Positions 10,998 to 25,254 of a stretch of 64,000 nt of DNA are shown in pieces. The stretch covers positions 10,994,822 to 11,058,821 of the forward strand of contig NC_081387.1 of NCBI RefSeq assembly GCF_030684315.1, written 5' to 3'. The notes beneath the pieces were generated by a model, which was not told the DNA's origin, did not search any database, and saw nothing but the letters and a program-made list of their open reading frames with translations. Made by a program: the position numbers and the translations under genes. Within the stretch, counting starts at the first letter, position 1; each line of letters begins with the position of its first letter. The stretch comes from Stegostoma tigrinum. Lineage: Eukaryota.

Positions 10998-13900
10998 AAT
11001 GAAAAGCAATATACACCATCATATAATGAAATAGATTGAAGCATAGAATCAGTGGAATTTTTTTGCAGAAAGAGGCTATTCAGCCCATTGAATCTCTACC
11101 CACTTGCAGGCATTTTAATTTTTAACCTCCTTCATCGTTAACCTTGCTTGTGGCTTCTCTTTAAATAATTGTCCAAAGCCCTCTTAAATACCTTAATTGA
11201 ACAGGCCTTCACCACATTATGAGCCAGTGGACTTCAAGCCCTAACTACTTACAGCACAACTTTTGTTTCACTTCTCAATTTATTTCTTACCTCAAACTTG
11301 AACCATTTACAAAACAATTTAAAGCTGTGCCCTTTGATTCTCGATCATTCTCTTTAGAGCCTGAATGATTTTTGAAAAGACTGACCACATCTTCTTCGTA
11401 GACTTCTCCTTTCCAGTGAAAACACTCACAACTTCCCATTCTTTGCTTAAAACAGCAGCACCCCATCCCTGCAAGCATTGCTCCGCCACAGAGACAAACA
11501 ATCATACCAAATCAGAATTTCCACCTCAGTATTCCCAAAACAGTAAAATTAAAACTGTCAAAGCCCCCAGTGATCACTCCAATGGTTCCAAACCAAACCT
11601 TTGAATAACCAGACCCAAACTTTGTGAGTAATTGAGTCCAGACACTGGTTTTGTGTCTTAAGCAAACAAGTTCACAATTTGTGAAATACACCATACATTA
11701 AGCAGGGAAAACTTAAACAACAATGCACTCCAATTAATATCTACCCTTCCCATTCAAAATATTTGTTTTCAGGTCCCATTCACACAAAAGATGGACAGAC
11801 AAATCTGTACAGTTCAGGGATAAATAATTGAAAAATATTGTTTCAAGGTATAGATATGCTTGGGTTGCTTTCCCAAGATCATTGATCTGTGTCACCTTTT
11901 CAGTTAAATCAGGTACAGGTAGTAAAATGCTTAACTCAACTTTCTACTCTCTGAACTTCCAGAATGTGGTGTTGGAGATTAAGCAGAAAACTATCAAATC
12001 TTCCTATGTGTCGCCAGCAGCTAAACTAATCGCCCAGAAAACACAATACGAAAGACAACTTAAATGTTGGTCCAGCCCCGATCGTTTTCTAATTGTTTAC
12101 TGAGACCTGACTAAAATCAACATTTGCCACCTGAACATAGGCTATCTTCCAGGCTTGCTGGAACCAGTTCCAAGATACTGACCTCACTATCACCCAACTT
12201 CTGCTATCCGTTTAAATACAATGCTCTTCCAGGTTTTACTGTGTCTTTTGGAACCGTATTAATCAAGAATCAGCCTAAAGTTAACTTCCAGACCTGGGAG
12301 AACAATCAAACAAAAGCTTCTTTGGTCTGTTCTTTCCCTTTTCCCACAAGCTATTTTACAAAGCCCCATAGTCAACTTTGGCTCACATAAGAAAATACAC
12401 AACTCCGAACCAAAATTGATGGAACGATAAAAGGGGAGAAAATGGACATCAGTTAGGGTTCCAGCACAATTCTCTTCTGAACTCTCTCCAATGAAATCTC
12501 ATTCTACCCACAATGTGGCACTTAGACAGTACAAACTATGCCAGCTAAGGGCTATTCTAAGTGTTACACAAATCGATCATATGTTCCATGCTTTGTAAAC
12601 TGCGTTGGTATTTTTGAAGACTAGAATGTTGTTTGCAGCATTAACGTCTATCTTTCCAATGACCTTGAACATATTATATTAATAAACACCCAGGACCCTC
12701 TGCTCCTTAGCACCCCTTACCATAGTGCCATTTATTTTATGATGTTACAAAAAGACTGTAACTGCTGGATGAACCTATTAAAACTCTTTTTACAAGGGTG
12801 CAAATGTTGCAATTTTGTAATCCCTGACACCAACCCTGTTTCTAGAGAAGATCAAAAATGAATTGCTATGTCAGGGTAAGATTCATTTGCAGTTCCTTCA
12901 ATATTCTTGTTTGCATCTCATCTGGCCCCATTGCCTTCTCAATTTAAAGGATAGGCAGCTTATCTAATATAGCCTCCTTATCAATGTTATACCCATCTCA
13001 TGTCAAAGATTCCCACTTCGTCGTGCCAGTTTTGAAATCTATGGGGAAATTAAGTGAAACATTAAGCAGTCCGTGAGAGGAAGGGGAATAGATTTTGAAA
13101 CTGTCACTAAATTAGGAAACAAATGCATAGTTTTCAAAGATTAAGAACAGAAAAAAGGGCTCTGCAGGCAAATTTGGTTAACATTTGAAATAAAACGAGT
13201 CAAGGCTCTAGTTGAATATTAAGTTGAAAAAGGAGCAAGAGAAAGAAAGAGGCAGGGCTACACTGTATTGAAGTAGAGATTTAGTGCAAAAGGCAACGAT
13301 TATCTTGTTCAAAAGAACAGGATGTAGAAGCAGTCTCGATAGAGATATGTCAGGATTCGAGTCTGGGTGTCATGCACAGGTAGTTTAACATTACCAATGC
13401 GGGAGGATAGACTAGAATGAGAGGATTAAATGGAGCCTGGAAGAAAATACATGGCTATGAACATGTTGGATTTGGAACTGCATGCAGACTGGGAAAAAAA
13501 TCAAATGGACAAAAATTGTGCACTCTTTTTCCGGATATGTTTATCTTAAATCAAGACATTCTGGAGCCAACGAAAGTGGGTTTTAAAAGAGAATTTTTTT
13601 TTCCTCTTCACAAATATTTTATTGTGGCTGAGTCACTCTACAATAATATTCCAAGTTTCTTGAATTCCTTTCATAACTCCTGCAGCTCTAGTGATCTTAA
13701 GAACTTTGAAGCGCCCTGCCTCAAAGAGAGGCTGATGTTCCCCTCACAGTCACACTATCCCAGTTCTGCAGATTCCTGAAGTAGAGTGATAAGTGCACAG
13801 GCATGGTATTGTAAAGCAGTGGCACTTCCCAATGCACTGCATGCGAATCAGAGTTGCCCATTTTATCTTAACCGGAGCCAAAGCAAGTATTAGAACTCTG

Positions 13901-15310
13901 AGATGACACTGTGCCCATATGGACACAGCCTGACTCAAAGAACATTGCTTGTAGGGTTAACAACACAACATGGTGGTAAGTCTATATTTCTGGACCCATT
14001 CATGCCGTGAAAACAGCTGGTGGAGCCAGGAATTTCTTTCTTACTATTACCACTGTTTTGTTAATAGAATACGGTTGTGAAGGGTTGTAGATATTGCTCC
14101 AAATACAGATGGTATATGGCTTGAAAGAGAAGCTGCAGGTGATAGCCTTCCTGTGTATTTGCTGCTCCTGTCCTTCTGGGAGTGGGAATTTCGAGACTGA
14201 TCCTCCAATCTGCAACTTTGATGAAGATGAATACACAATGTCAGCCTAAAATTTTGTGCTAATATATTGGTTCCCCACATATTGTTGAAGGTGGGATATT
14301 TATGGAGACGCTGTCTCCTGTTAATTGTTTAATTGTCATATCCAATCTTGAATGATGATTGACAGGATTGGAAAAGTTAACACAACAATTTATTTCATTG
14401 AAACTTTTCAACAGCTTGCAAGAACAAAATTGCCAAATGTCGCTCTTTGGAGGCAACAGTGACAGTCAGAAAAACATCACACATAAATGATAGCAAATTA
14501 GCAAATACATGGCTCGGAGATGTCTCAAATATAGCCTTCCACACAGCCCCAACATTGTTGCTTTGGCATCGTCAGTTTTGGTTGTAAACACAGACTGGCA
14601 CCATCATCCAAATTAATTCTTCTTAATTGGGCTTTTTTCAGGCACAAATACAGAACCCCTGGCTCCTGTTTTGTCAAGGAGAGGAGACTGATAGGAGGGA
14701 TTGAAGGGTGGAGGTTGTTTGAGGTGGATCAACAAAATACCTCTAAAACAAAATAATGCATTAAGCTGAAACAATTTCGGTGACTGCTGATTTTCTTTTT
14801 AATTAGGATTTTGTCAGTATATGTGCTGAATCCAGAACTGAAGTAATTGAGGGTGGGAATGTGATAGGTTCATTACTTTTTATCCACTGTTTCTGAATTC
14901 TTTTGCATAGCACTTGAGCATGGTTGAGTCGGCCAGCATTTTAAAAGTCTATTAATCAATTTATTTTGAACCGAGGGATGTCCTGGATTATATCAGAGGG
15001 CAGCTGGAAGCTAACCATGTTAAAGTGCATATTGGCTCACAGGCCAACAAACAACAGGACTGTATATGTTTTGATTATAGATGATACAGATATTTGATTA
15101 ACCAGAGTAGCTTCACCTTTCCCTCCTTTCAACCAGGGAATGAATTGTTTCTGTTGCCACAAACCCACTCTACATCTAGATCCAGTGCATTTTCCAGCAA
15201 GCAGTGATATGTTGTTGTGCAGATGACACGAGTCCAGGCTGACAGCACATAACTGATATGTGGGATGAATATATTGAAACTTTTCTCTGGCATGCTCTCA
15301 GTTGAATTAA

Positions 15311-16209
15311 TTAATTGATTAAATGAATAAAGGAAGTGACAGGATATTTCACAGCACTCTTGAACTGCTCTCGAAACTTAGACTGAGTTATCCCATAAAT
15401 AAATGTGTTTGTGCAACAACTTAATTCCACCAACATAATCCCAACTTCTCTAAAAATGTAAGTAGAATCACTGAAATATTTGGTATTAATCCCTGTAATT
15501 ATACAGAATAAGAAGTTGGTAGTGTACAAAAGCCACAGAAGTATAAAGTTGCCAGATATGGTGAAGAGTAAAATCACAGACTTCCTTCTGTTCTCCATTT
15601 CTGGGTCACTGCAATTCTCTTCTTTGTTCTTACCCCTTAGAGCCTTGCGCACTTGACTGACTATCATAATATATCTGACTGTAAACACATTGAACAATAG
15701 AATTAAAGCACATGGGAGTAATGGGGTTAAAATCTTATCAAACCAATCAAATGCTAACCATGCTGGGTCAGTATAATAGCTTCTCTTTAAATAACAGAAC
15801 CAAGGAACATTGTTAATTACCTCTCCAGGTTCAAAAGTGAAATAAGTTGATATATTTTTTAAACTGAGTACAACACACGTTGTAGAAAGAACTACAGATG
15901 CCGTTTTTTTGGTGCAATATTTAATTCTGAGCTTCTGGCAACAGATGGCCACCATTCGATCCAAGGAGAAAGTTACAGTGAACCATACAGAACTTTCTCC
16001 AGAAGTATGGAGTAGGACCATAACAACACTACACACAGGTGTGATTTCTAGGAAGGATCCTGGGAAATAATAGGAGAAGATGCGTAGTACGATGACCGCA
16101 GTGAAAATGAACAGCAGATCTGCCATTGCCATGGCCACTAGATAGCATGTAGTACACATGGAGAGATCAGACTTTCCCCGGGACAGGATCACAATTGCCA
16201 CTAAATTAA
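15311..16209 (-). CDS. Class A GPCR, GPR139/GPR142-like, gene 1, exon 2 (CDS = complement join 18673..18736 and 15311..16209; 320 aa)
   Basis: Open frame with hydrophobic helices and motifs YLVAMAMADL (TM2), SVWFTVTFSLDRMVAIC (TM3), LTPLLP (TM5), FILLW (TM6), CCTNTFIY (TM7) and KFREQF (helix 8). Acceptor ttttctttcttccag precedes TT AAT TTA GTG at 16209. Confidence 0.93.
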
Positions 16210-17384
16210 CTGGAAGAAAGAAAAGGCAGAGCAGACTGTAACTTAGTGACCATCTTTCTCATTGTCTTAACCCATCAAGATCAATCCAAAGTGAGAGGGC
16301 AGATCACAAGAAATGAATTCTACTGTGTTTCTGATTAACATAATAACAATGAAATATCTCAGAAGATTGTCATTGGAAAAACTTATTATTTTCAGTCTAG
16401 CTTAGTGTGAAGTGCTGTATTTTGGTTGAAAAAATATATAATAAAGGAGTATCAAATTAGACACGATCCTATTGAATGGCAGATCTTGCTCAGTGGAACT
16501 TCTCTTCCTTTTTCTTGTTGTGCAATTGCTTTATGACATTTTCAAACATGCTTTGCAAAATAAGAATCCAAATCAGTTCACTGGAACATATTAGCAATTA
16601 TTCAAAATCTAATTGTAGGTTATCTTGACAATAAACATGGAAATTAACTGAAGCTCTTTTGTGAACAAATGTCACTATACTATATGTTATGATAGTATAT
16701 AAAACTTAATTCATGACATAAGTTTTTTGTCTACTTGTTGAAAAGATGATTTTGATGAAATAAAGAAGCTGCTAACATTTTGAATGGTGTGGTGCTACAG
16801 CGGAGATAGATCTACATTATGTGCTGTCATTAACTCCTTACTAATACTTTAATTGTAGCCTTACATCTAATGCCTACATTATGAAATCTCAATATGTTTG
16901 TTCATCAGTTATCAGGATTCACTCTTCACATTTCATTGAGCTGAGAACAAAGTTTGGTGCAGGTTAAAAGCATGAAAGTGTGCATTCATAAATAAGGACA
17001 TTCATAAGTTTAATCATATTCCAAATGTGTTTTTAAAATACTTGCAATCAAATACTTAGTCTTTGCCATAGACAGAAAAAAACAAAATTCGCTTTAATGA
17101 TCACATGTTCAAAGCAATTCAATGTGAGATATGGAATGGCCAGTGATTTGGCATCATGACATTTTGATTAACCAAAGCCATTATCCAATGAGTTTGAGCA
17201 CAGTAATCATCTATACCCCCATTCTGTACCCTGTCAGTAAATATTTATCTTATGTCTATGTTTGAACAGGTCAATAAGAAAGCAGAGCAAAACTTATATA
17301 TTTCACTTAAGGTATCAGAAACAAACATCACCATTTAAAAGTGAATATTTTCCTCTCTGCTTCTGAATAAATTTAGAATACATA

Positions 17385-17673
17385 TCATAGAATTGTAGAA
17401 TCCCTACAGTGACAAAACAGGCCCTTCAGCCCAACAAGTCCACACCAACCTTTGGAACATCCCACTGAGACCCATCCCCATCCCTGAACACTACAGGCAA
17501 TTTAGAATGGCTAATCCACCTAGCCTGCATATCTTTGGACTGTGGGAGGAAATCTATGTATGCACAGGGAGAATGTACAAACTCCACACAGACAGTTACC
17601 CAAGGGTGGAATTGAACCTGGGTCCCTGGTGCTGTGAGGCAGCAGTGCTAACCACGGAGCCACCATGCTGCCC
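17385..17673 (-). mobile_element. HE1-type tRNA-derived V-SINE with a CR1/HER1-like tail, in the intron of GPCR gene 1
   Basis: Minus strand reads gggcagcatggtggctccgtggttagcactgctgcctcacagcaccagggacccaggttcaattcc (A and B boxes), then tgtgtggagtttgtacattctccc (V-domain-like) and a tctatg-type tail. Confidence 0.85.
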
Positions 17674-17744
17674 CTAAATTACAGCCTACTGCACTCAACA
17701 TTCAAAAATTTCAGTCTGTAACTTCCAACCCATTTGATTTCTCT

Positions 17745-17862
17745 TCTTCAATTTAAAGTTAACCATCTGCTGTGATGGGATTTGAATCCAGGTCCAAGAG
17801 AATGTTGCCTGGGTCTCTGGATTAACACACCAGGAATGACACCACTAGGCCATTGCCTCCCT
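17745..17862 (-). mobile_element. tRNA-derived SINE head fragment (second SINE family)
   Basis: Minus strand reads ggaggcaatggcctagtgg...ggattcaaatcccatcacagcagatgg, matching the 5' part of the copy at 50755. Confidence 0.75.
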
Positions 17863-18672
17863 ACTATGGATAGCTCCATGGATTTAAGTGATAACTCACT
17901 GGCAACAGGGATGTCATAAAAATACAAAATTGTTTTCTTTCTTTTATTGACCCACATCCAATGCATTCCAACAGTGAAAGGCACTCACAGAAATATATGA
18001 TCAGTGAGATCAGGTATTGCCCAGTCATCACATAGGCCTGTCCAAAAGTGACTAAAGGCAGTAAATTGAAAAAAATTCAGCCTGGGTTTCAGACAAGTGT
18101 TTTTTTTTCCTGTGCTTTCTTGTTCAAACGTTTCTGCGACATGGAAATCACGATTTGAATAGTATTTGCACTATTCACACAGCCAGATAATAGACAGCAA
18201 CATTGTTATTGGTTTTCAGCCACAGTTAACCAAATCATGTAAGGATAACAGATTTGTTTCCCTTGATGGCATTGGTAAATAAGTTAGTTTCTTTTTGAGA
18301 AATTAAACGGTAGTTTTGTTGCCACCAATGCTGTACACGATTTAAATTATTTTTAATAATTGAAATATACTTGTTCTAAGATGGGATCTCAATCAATTCC
18401 TGGCCATAGTTGTCAAGGTAAAATCTCATCACATTTGGGAATGACTGTGGTGATGCCAAGCCAGGGGCAGGTTGCATGAACAAATAAAACAAAATATCAT
18501 TATGCCAACGACTCCCTAGATAAAAGCTAGAAGAAAAAAAAACAAAGATGTTTGAATTGATGCAATTGAAAGATCAGATGCACAATTAACTGTGACTATG
18601 AAGGAGAGTAAGTAACATTCTCAATCAAATGAAAAAACAAGAGAGCAATTCACATCGAATTCAGTCACATAC

Positions 18673-18736
18673 CAGGGACACCAATAGCAGCAATAAGCAC
18701 ATAGTACATTTTGCGAGCATTGTGAAATGATTCCAT
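18673..18736 (-). CDS. GPCR gene 1, exon 1 (MESFHNARKMYYVLIAAIGVP)
   Basis: 64 nt from ATG to the donor G|gtatgt. The phase-1 splice restores GVPVN in TM1 in frame with exon 2. Confidence 0.88.
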
Positions 18737-19425
18737 CCTTTCCTATGTGAGTTGATCTGCTCCTCTGTACTCCAAAACAATCACAATAGTTTATGATTTA
18801 TTTACAAAGCCTTGAATATATAACCTGCAGCACTTCCATGGGGACACTGTGATGACAGCATAATTCGTTTTTCCAAATCCATCAAGATTACGAAGATTAC
18901 AACAGCCAAATGAAATCCCAGTTGAGATAGGATATAATTATTGCTACGATTGAATTAGAAAACAATTACAATAAAACAGTTTAGTCATATTCGCTACTTA
19001 ATAAAACTTATCCCCAGATTGTCCCACAAATCCTAATGATCATTCAACCTCCACCAGATCCACTTTTGGCTTTTGTCCTGCTTTAGAGATCATTACATTC
19101 AGTCGTGCATTCAGCAATTAAATCACCAATTTTAAGTATTTTACAGGGATTATTTTGTTGCATTTAAACATGTGATTAACACTGTTAAATTTCTCCATGA
19201 AGTAACTCAAGTGAAGGATTAGTGTCAAGAGATCATGAAACTATCACAGTCACTATCAGATTGGTGTACCAGAAAGAACTCTGAAAGCTAATAAAATCAC
19301 TCACAAATGAAAAAAATTCTTTTTAAACAAATACCAAATCTGACATTGCCACATTGCTTGCCAGTCCTTATGAGACTTTTGAGACAGAGTGCAGATTTGA
19401 CTTCTTAAAGCATTACAGACCATGT

Positions 19426-19738
19426 GGGGAGGTGATGACCTGATGGCAATATTGGTGGATTGCTAATGCAGAGCCGCCCAGAACATTCTGGGAACCTAGT
19501 TTCAAATCCCACCATGGCAAATGGTGGAATTTGAATTCAATTGTTTAAAAAAAATGCCTGGACTTAATGATTTTGTGAAAAACCCATCAGGTTCACTAAC
19601 GCCTTTTCGGGAAGGAAACTGCCAGCATTACCTGCTCTGACTGACATGTGACTCCACACCCACAGCAATGTGGTTGATACTAAACTGGGCAATAAACACT
19701 GCTGAGTGAACGACACCTTCATCCCGTTAATGAATAAT
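19426..19738 (+). mobile_element. tRNA-derived SINE (second family), diverged full-length copy
   Basis: Colinear with 50755-51120; shares ggaaggaaactgcc and catgtgactccacacccacagcaatgtggttga. Confidence 0.8.
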
Positions 19739-21469
19739 ACAAAGTGCCACTGCACTGCAGTCAGTCAGGAATTTCCAGGCTTTGTTTCCCAATGAAGCGA
19801 AGTAGCCGTTTAGCTCCAAGAGAGTCTTTCTATGATGTCGAGTTCACAGATTTTGAAAGATGTTGATGAAACTTCAGTGAGTTGCTGCAGTGCGTCCTTT
19901 GTGTAACACATGCTGCTGCCACTGCATTTTGCTGACCTCCGGTGAAAATTATTGAGTTAGTGCACATTAAGTGTGCTGTTTTCTTATGGATGGTTGGTTT
20001 TAAGCTGCTTTCAATACAGTTTGAGCAGCACTCATCAAGACAAATGAAGGATATTTATAAAGTGTCATGTCTTATGACTTGGAACTTTGCAAAGACACAA
20101 AGCTAGTACTCATTGCAGCACTCATACGGTCTGACATGTTCACAAAACTACAGTATCATATGGATGATTCAACCAAGCTTCCAGTCATTCTTAACGTCCA
20201 GAAAGTTAACGACATGATTTTTAGCAAAGATAACCCAATCAGATGTCAATGGGAGATGACAAGTTTCACTCCGATTAGAGATGGTCATTTCCTGGCATGT
20301 GTACCAGGAAATATTGCTTATCACTCATCAGTCCATGCTTAAATGTTGTCTAAGTCTTCCTGCAAGTCACTATCTTGTCGGAGGAGCTGGGAATGGTCAT
20401 GAACACCGTGTGATCATCAGGAAAATTCTCAAATTCTTGATCGAAGAAGGTACAGCAACTGGAAGGGGTATGTAGAAGAGAATTTCTACAGTGTTTGTTT
20501 TCTGATTTGGACTGTGTTCCCTCGATCTTTCAGAATCAAATTGTTGACTCTTGGATAGAAATCTGAGAATAAACAGTTTTATTTGGAACACAATGGCGAA
20601 CTTTCCTTTTCTTGTTGAAACACGTGTCGAATTCCAGCCAAAGAGCATTCGCTGAAGGTTTCCTTAAAATCTAGCCCATGCCAGGTTTTCCTTGCTAGAG
20701 AAATGCCTGGCACAATGGGGAGACAAAAATTGATCAATGCAGGAAGACAGTCATTTTAAGCATAGAGTGAGAGAAGGAGGACTGCAGGTTGGATTGAAGA
20801 ATCCTCACCACAACAGTTTGTGGGTGCTACTATGAACGGAAGTGAAAATATGCTGTTGCCCTGCATTCTGATCAATTAATCTGTTATTGGAAATAAAAGT
20901 AATGTATTTATATATCATGTTGGTAAGTTCGGGGAAAAGAAAATATCAAAAAAGTAAAAAGAGTCTGATGATTAACTTTAACCGAGTCAATGGACAACCC
21001 AAAACAAGGCATAGATATCGGTGTAGGCTTCATCAGAGTTCAGCTCCAAGTCAGCATAAAATACAGATGCCTGATAAAATGGCATTTCCAAAGCTTCATC
21101 AAGAGACCAGTATCAGTCTTTATTGCAGAAATAAGTTGCTCAGACTCAAGCTAATTTAGGTCATGACCCCTACAGACGTTCCAAATGTTTCTGACCATGA
21201 AGATGGTATTCTCTTAAGAATATGAAGGAAATGGTCACCATTGGCTTGAGAATCAACTTTTTTTTAAAAGAAAACATATAAAGTTTTTGCAGTAAATGAA
21301 CTCATGATTTTGAGCTGAGGGCTAAGAGGAATCTTCACACAAGATTTTTTTTTAAATCAGGTTGAAATCACCCAGAGAAATAGAAACATTAGTTCTTTGA
21401 TATCAAGCAATGGAGAAGTCTGTAGTGCACAAAAATGAAACAGTAATTTCAGTTGAGTGTTTTTTGTTC

Positions 21470-21645
21470 TATTCATTTTTGTGGGATGTGGGCATTGCTG
21501 GCTGGACCTAGTATTTCTTGCTCACCCCTAGTCGCCCTTGAAAAGGTGGTGGTGAGCCGCCTTCTTGAACTACTGCAGTCCTCCTGCTGTGGGTTGACCA
21601 TCAATGCTATAAGGGAGGGAATTCCAGAATTTCGACCCAGCGACA
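21470..21645 (-). mobile_element. LINE 3' end fragment (family shares its tail with the second SINE family)
   Basis: gcccttgaaaaggtggtggtgagccgccttcttgaac...agggagggaattccagaatttcgacccagcgaca, homologous to 47300-47490 and 49090-49260. Confidence 0.7.
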
Positions 21646-23894
21646 GAAAATGCATTGATACAAAGTTAAAAATCAAAGCACTTTCATGGCTTCGATGTTA
21701 GATATGCAGACGCAAACGTTGCTCTCTATCTCACTATTAAAATATAGGAATTAGTATTATGTTGTTAAATTTGCATCCCAATGTTGTTAGATCCCATCTA
21801 TTCCGGTCCACTTTTAAGTAGATGTCACTGTACTTGTTGGGGACATATGACGGACATCTACCAGTGTGATATCACATTACTTCAGTTTTAATTGATGTTT
21901 CTAAAAAAAACTTGCTTCTTTTTCTGATCACTGTTTTCTGTCTTCAAGGTTTCATATAAGTTTCCTTTTCTGTGATCTGTTATTGAATGTCCCTTACGTC
22001 CATCTCAATCCTTGCAGATGCAACTTCCAAATCTTTGGACATTGTACAATCAATATCCCTCATCAATCACGTCATAGATATCCGATCAGGATGGGTCACT
22101 GAAGAAGGAAAAATAACAATAGCTCTACGAAAACTGCATATAACAGTGTTATGTTGCACTGGAACAATGTGGGAAAGGGAATATTCTGTGAGAATGTTGG
22201 AAAGGGAGGAATATGATAGTGATAAATGTGAATCAGGATATTAGGAATAAATATGGATAAAGATAAATAGGTGGGGGCAGGTTCATGAGAAAGGGGAGTG
22301 GGGAATGGTAAGTGGTTGATGCATGAATGGGAAACAGTAGCAGGGAAATGGAAAAGTAGATAAGGAATGAGGAAACATAGGAAGAAGTTTAGGACAAAAT
22401 TTGGTGGAATAGGGGCTGGACAGAGACAATTTGTGATGAGTGAGTCAGTGAGAAAAAAATAGGGCAGGGTGAACATGAAGACAGGAGGACATTGGTGAGA
22501 ATGTGGAGGGATTAAGTTAGGGTGTATTGGGGACGGGATGATGGGAAGGGCTAATCGCAAACTAAAAGATGTTAGTCTCTCAAGACTGTTTCAATAAGTA
22601 ATTGTTTTGAATCAGTTTGCATATTGAATACATACACAGGGAAACAGAGCAGTATTGTATATTTGTAACCTTTCAAAGACAATGCTCACTGGGTCCTCTT
22701 ATTTCCTGCATGTTATCACCCCCATCTATAACTCTATATCTGTATCTCTGTATACTCCTTCTGTCCGACAGGCCTGACTAATTATTAACCTCTACATGAC
22801 CTATTCCATAACTATTCAGCTAAGGAACAGTCACAGCAATGTTTGCATTCTCAATTGCCTCCTAGCTGGAACTGATAAAATCCTCACTATCTTTGCCAAC
22901 ACATCCACACCCAGAATGTTTCCATAATTCTGGAAACTGCTTCAGCCTTTAAACTTTTCACGGCTTCATTAATCTCCTGCAGTGAATCCAAACCTAGCTA
23001 TCATTCAACACGCTCGGTACTGATTGTAGGCATACATCAGAATCTACACTTGTGATAAAGAATGCCTCTTCACAGCAAGGTAGCATTTGGCTGATCTAGA
23101 AAACTGACAAAACTTTAAGTCAGTGCAACCAGGGAGAAAGGCTCCAACATTAATCTGATAGCAATAAACCCATTGACAAAATACACCTGATGATCCATTC
23201 TGGAGTTGCTGCTCCTGATGTGTGATTATGGCCAGTAAAGTGTTACATTGTGTGTGAGCTTCTCTCAGAGTTCAATTTGACTTATTGTACTGCATGCTTA
23301 TCTTGTGTTAGCCATTATACAAGTACCAGACCCATGATATTGTTTTATGAATTCAAACGTCCTGAATCACGCTGATGTTTTCATTTTATAACCTTAATAG
23401 AAAGAATCTGGTTTGTAACTTAGACAGCTGTTGATTGTTTTTTCAATAATGTGTATTGAAAAATAAATGTTAGTATGGTCTACTGTTAAAGAGAGAAATG
23501 ATATTAAGAGAATTGTGCATTGTACTGTGCGTGGCCTCCAAAATAGAGTGGAACACCCAAATATGATGGTCTTGGGTAACACTGACAATATCTGTTGCTG
23601 CAGAATTGTACATTGGGCCAGCCATGAGCTGGGCCAATGTGATAATATTTATGTCATTGTTTCAGATGACTGACATAACCACTCAATTGTTCTGCCTCAA
23701 CGTCGATGAACGAAATTAATCTCTGAGGAGAACATTTCTGTTAGTTTATGATCTTTGTCTGTACATTATGCCTTTGAAGTATATTGACCTTGCTCATGTT
23801 CAGCTTGAGCTATGAATGGACTGGTGATGTGAATTGTTAATTATTATTAATATTAATAATAAATTAATATTAATATTAATTATTTAACGCCACT

Positions 23895-24692
23895 AAACAG
23901 CAGGTGTTTAATCCAGACAAATGTGAGGCAATGCATTTTGGAGGATCAAATTTAAGTGTGAATTATATTGAAAATGGCAGAACCCTTAGGAACACCTAAC
24001 ACTCAGAAGGATCTGGGCATGCAGGTCCACAGTTCCCTGAAAATGGCAGCACAGGTAGCCAAGGTGATTAAGAAGGCATATGCCTGTTTGTCTTCATTGC
24101 CTGGGCCGTGGAGTACAAGAGTTGGCAAAACATGTTGCAGCTATGTAAAACCCTTATTAGGCCACATTTGGAGTATTGAGTGCAGTTTTGGTCACCACAC
24201 TGCCAGAAGGAAGTGGAAGCTTTGGGTAGAGTACAGAGAAGGTTCACCAGGGTGTTTCCTGGTCTCCATGGCATTGACTATGAGGAAAGGTTAAAAAGAC
24301 TAGGATTGTTTTCACTGGAAAGACAGCAGCTGAGAGGATCTACAAAATGGTCAGAGGCATTGATAGGGTGGATCGTCAGAGACTTTTTCCCTGGGTTGAA
24401 GTTTTAATTGTGAGGAGGCACAGGAAAAAGGTCAGAGTGAAGGGGATATTTTAAGGGAGATGTTCGAGGGATGTTTTTCTTGCAGAGAGTGGTAGCAGCC
24501 TGGAATGCACTACCAGAAGAGATGGTGTTAGTGGGCACATTGAAGACATTTAAGAGGTACCTCGATGGGTACATGAATAGGGGGGGAATAGAGGGATACA
24601 GATCAAAAAATAGCAGGCTTGTTTTTAGTTTAATTAGAGCATGTTGGTCAGCATAGGCTTGGAGGGCCAAAGGGCCTTTTCCTGTGCTGCAC
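23895..24692 (+). mobile_element. CR1 (HER1-like) LINE 3' fragment
   Basis: RT C-terminal remnants KDLGMQVHSSLK, QFWSPH, RVQRRFTR, YEERLKRLGLFSLE and FFLQRVVAAWNALP, followed by a CR1 tail ggcctttt cctgtgctg. Confidence 0.9.
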
Positions 24693-25254
24693 TTTTTTTT
24701 TCATTTGCTCATTGTCACTGTGCCCAAAACCAATGGTTTTGTAACACTTAATTTGACTTTATTTTTTGATTAATAATTCCCAACATCCAATCAGTGTAGG
24801 CGATATGTTTCGTATCCACGTAATTTTTCAATTACAAGGCCTGAATATTGAATGCTGATTTTACATTGTTCACTTCTCTCAGTGTCCCATGTTAAAAAGA
24901 TGATAAATAATCTTTCATTTAGAGTCTGGACACATAACCAAAGCTTTAAATGAATGCCAATTTGCATAAAACATATGACATAAAACATATATAACTGTTC
25001 ACAGTTACTTTGGAACCATTTTACATAAAGAGTTAATAATAAAACTTAAAAATGTGCATCACCATTCATAGAGCATCAATATCTGCAAAAGTATAGAATA
25101 AATGCGTACTGTATTACTAATGCATTCTGAAGTTAAAGTTACATGAAAAATCAATTTACATTGCAACAACAAAACAGATAATTCATTGTTAATAATGCAG
25201 TCAGCAAGTGTATGACAAGAGCGAGAAACATACTTGAATTTACATAAGTGATCT

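Noticed and set aside
11556-12470. Possible LTR with TG...CA ends
   Set aside because: No TSD, no second copy and no adjacent coding remnants could be confirmed.
17590-17673. tRNA-like A and B boxes (also at 50760-50845)
   Set aside because: These are SINE heads continuing into SINE bodies; no complete cloverleaf is evident.
22096-22560. 154-aa Pro/Leu/Phe-rich minus-strand ORF
   Set aside because: It arises from a purine-rich, low-complexity tract.
23835-23888. AT-only quasi-palindrome
   Set aside because: Simple (TAA/TTA) low-complexity sequence next to a CR1 fragment.
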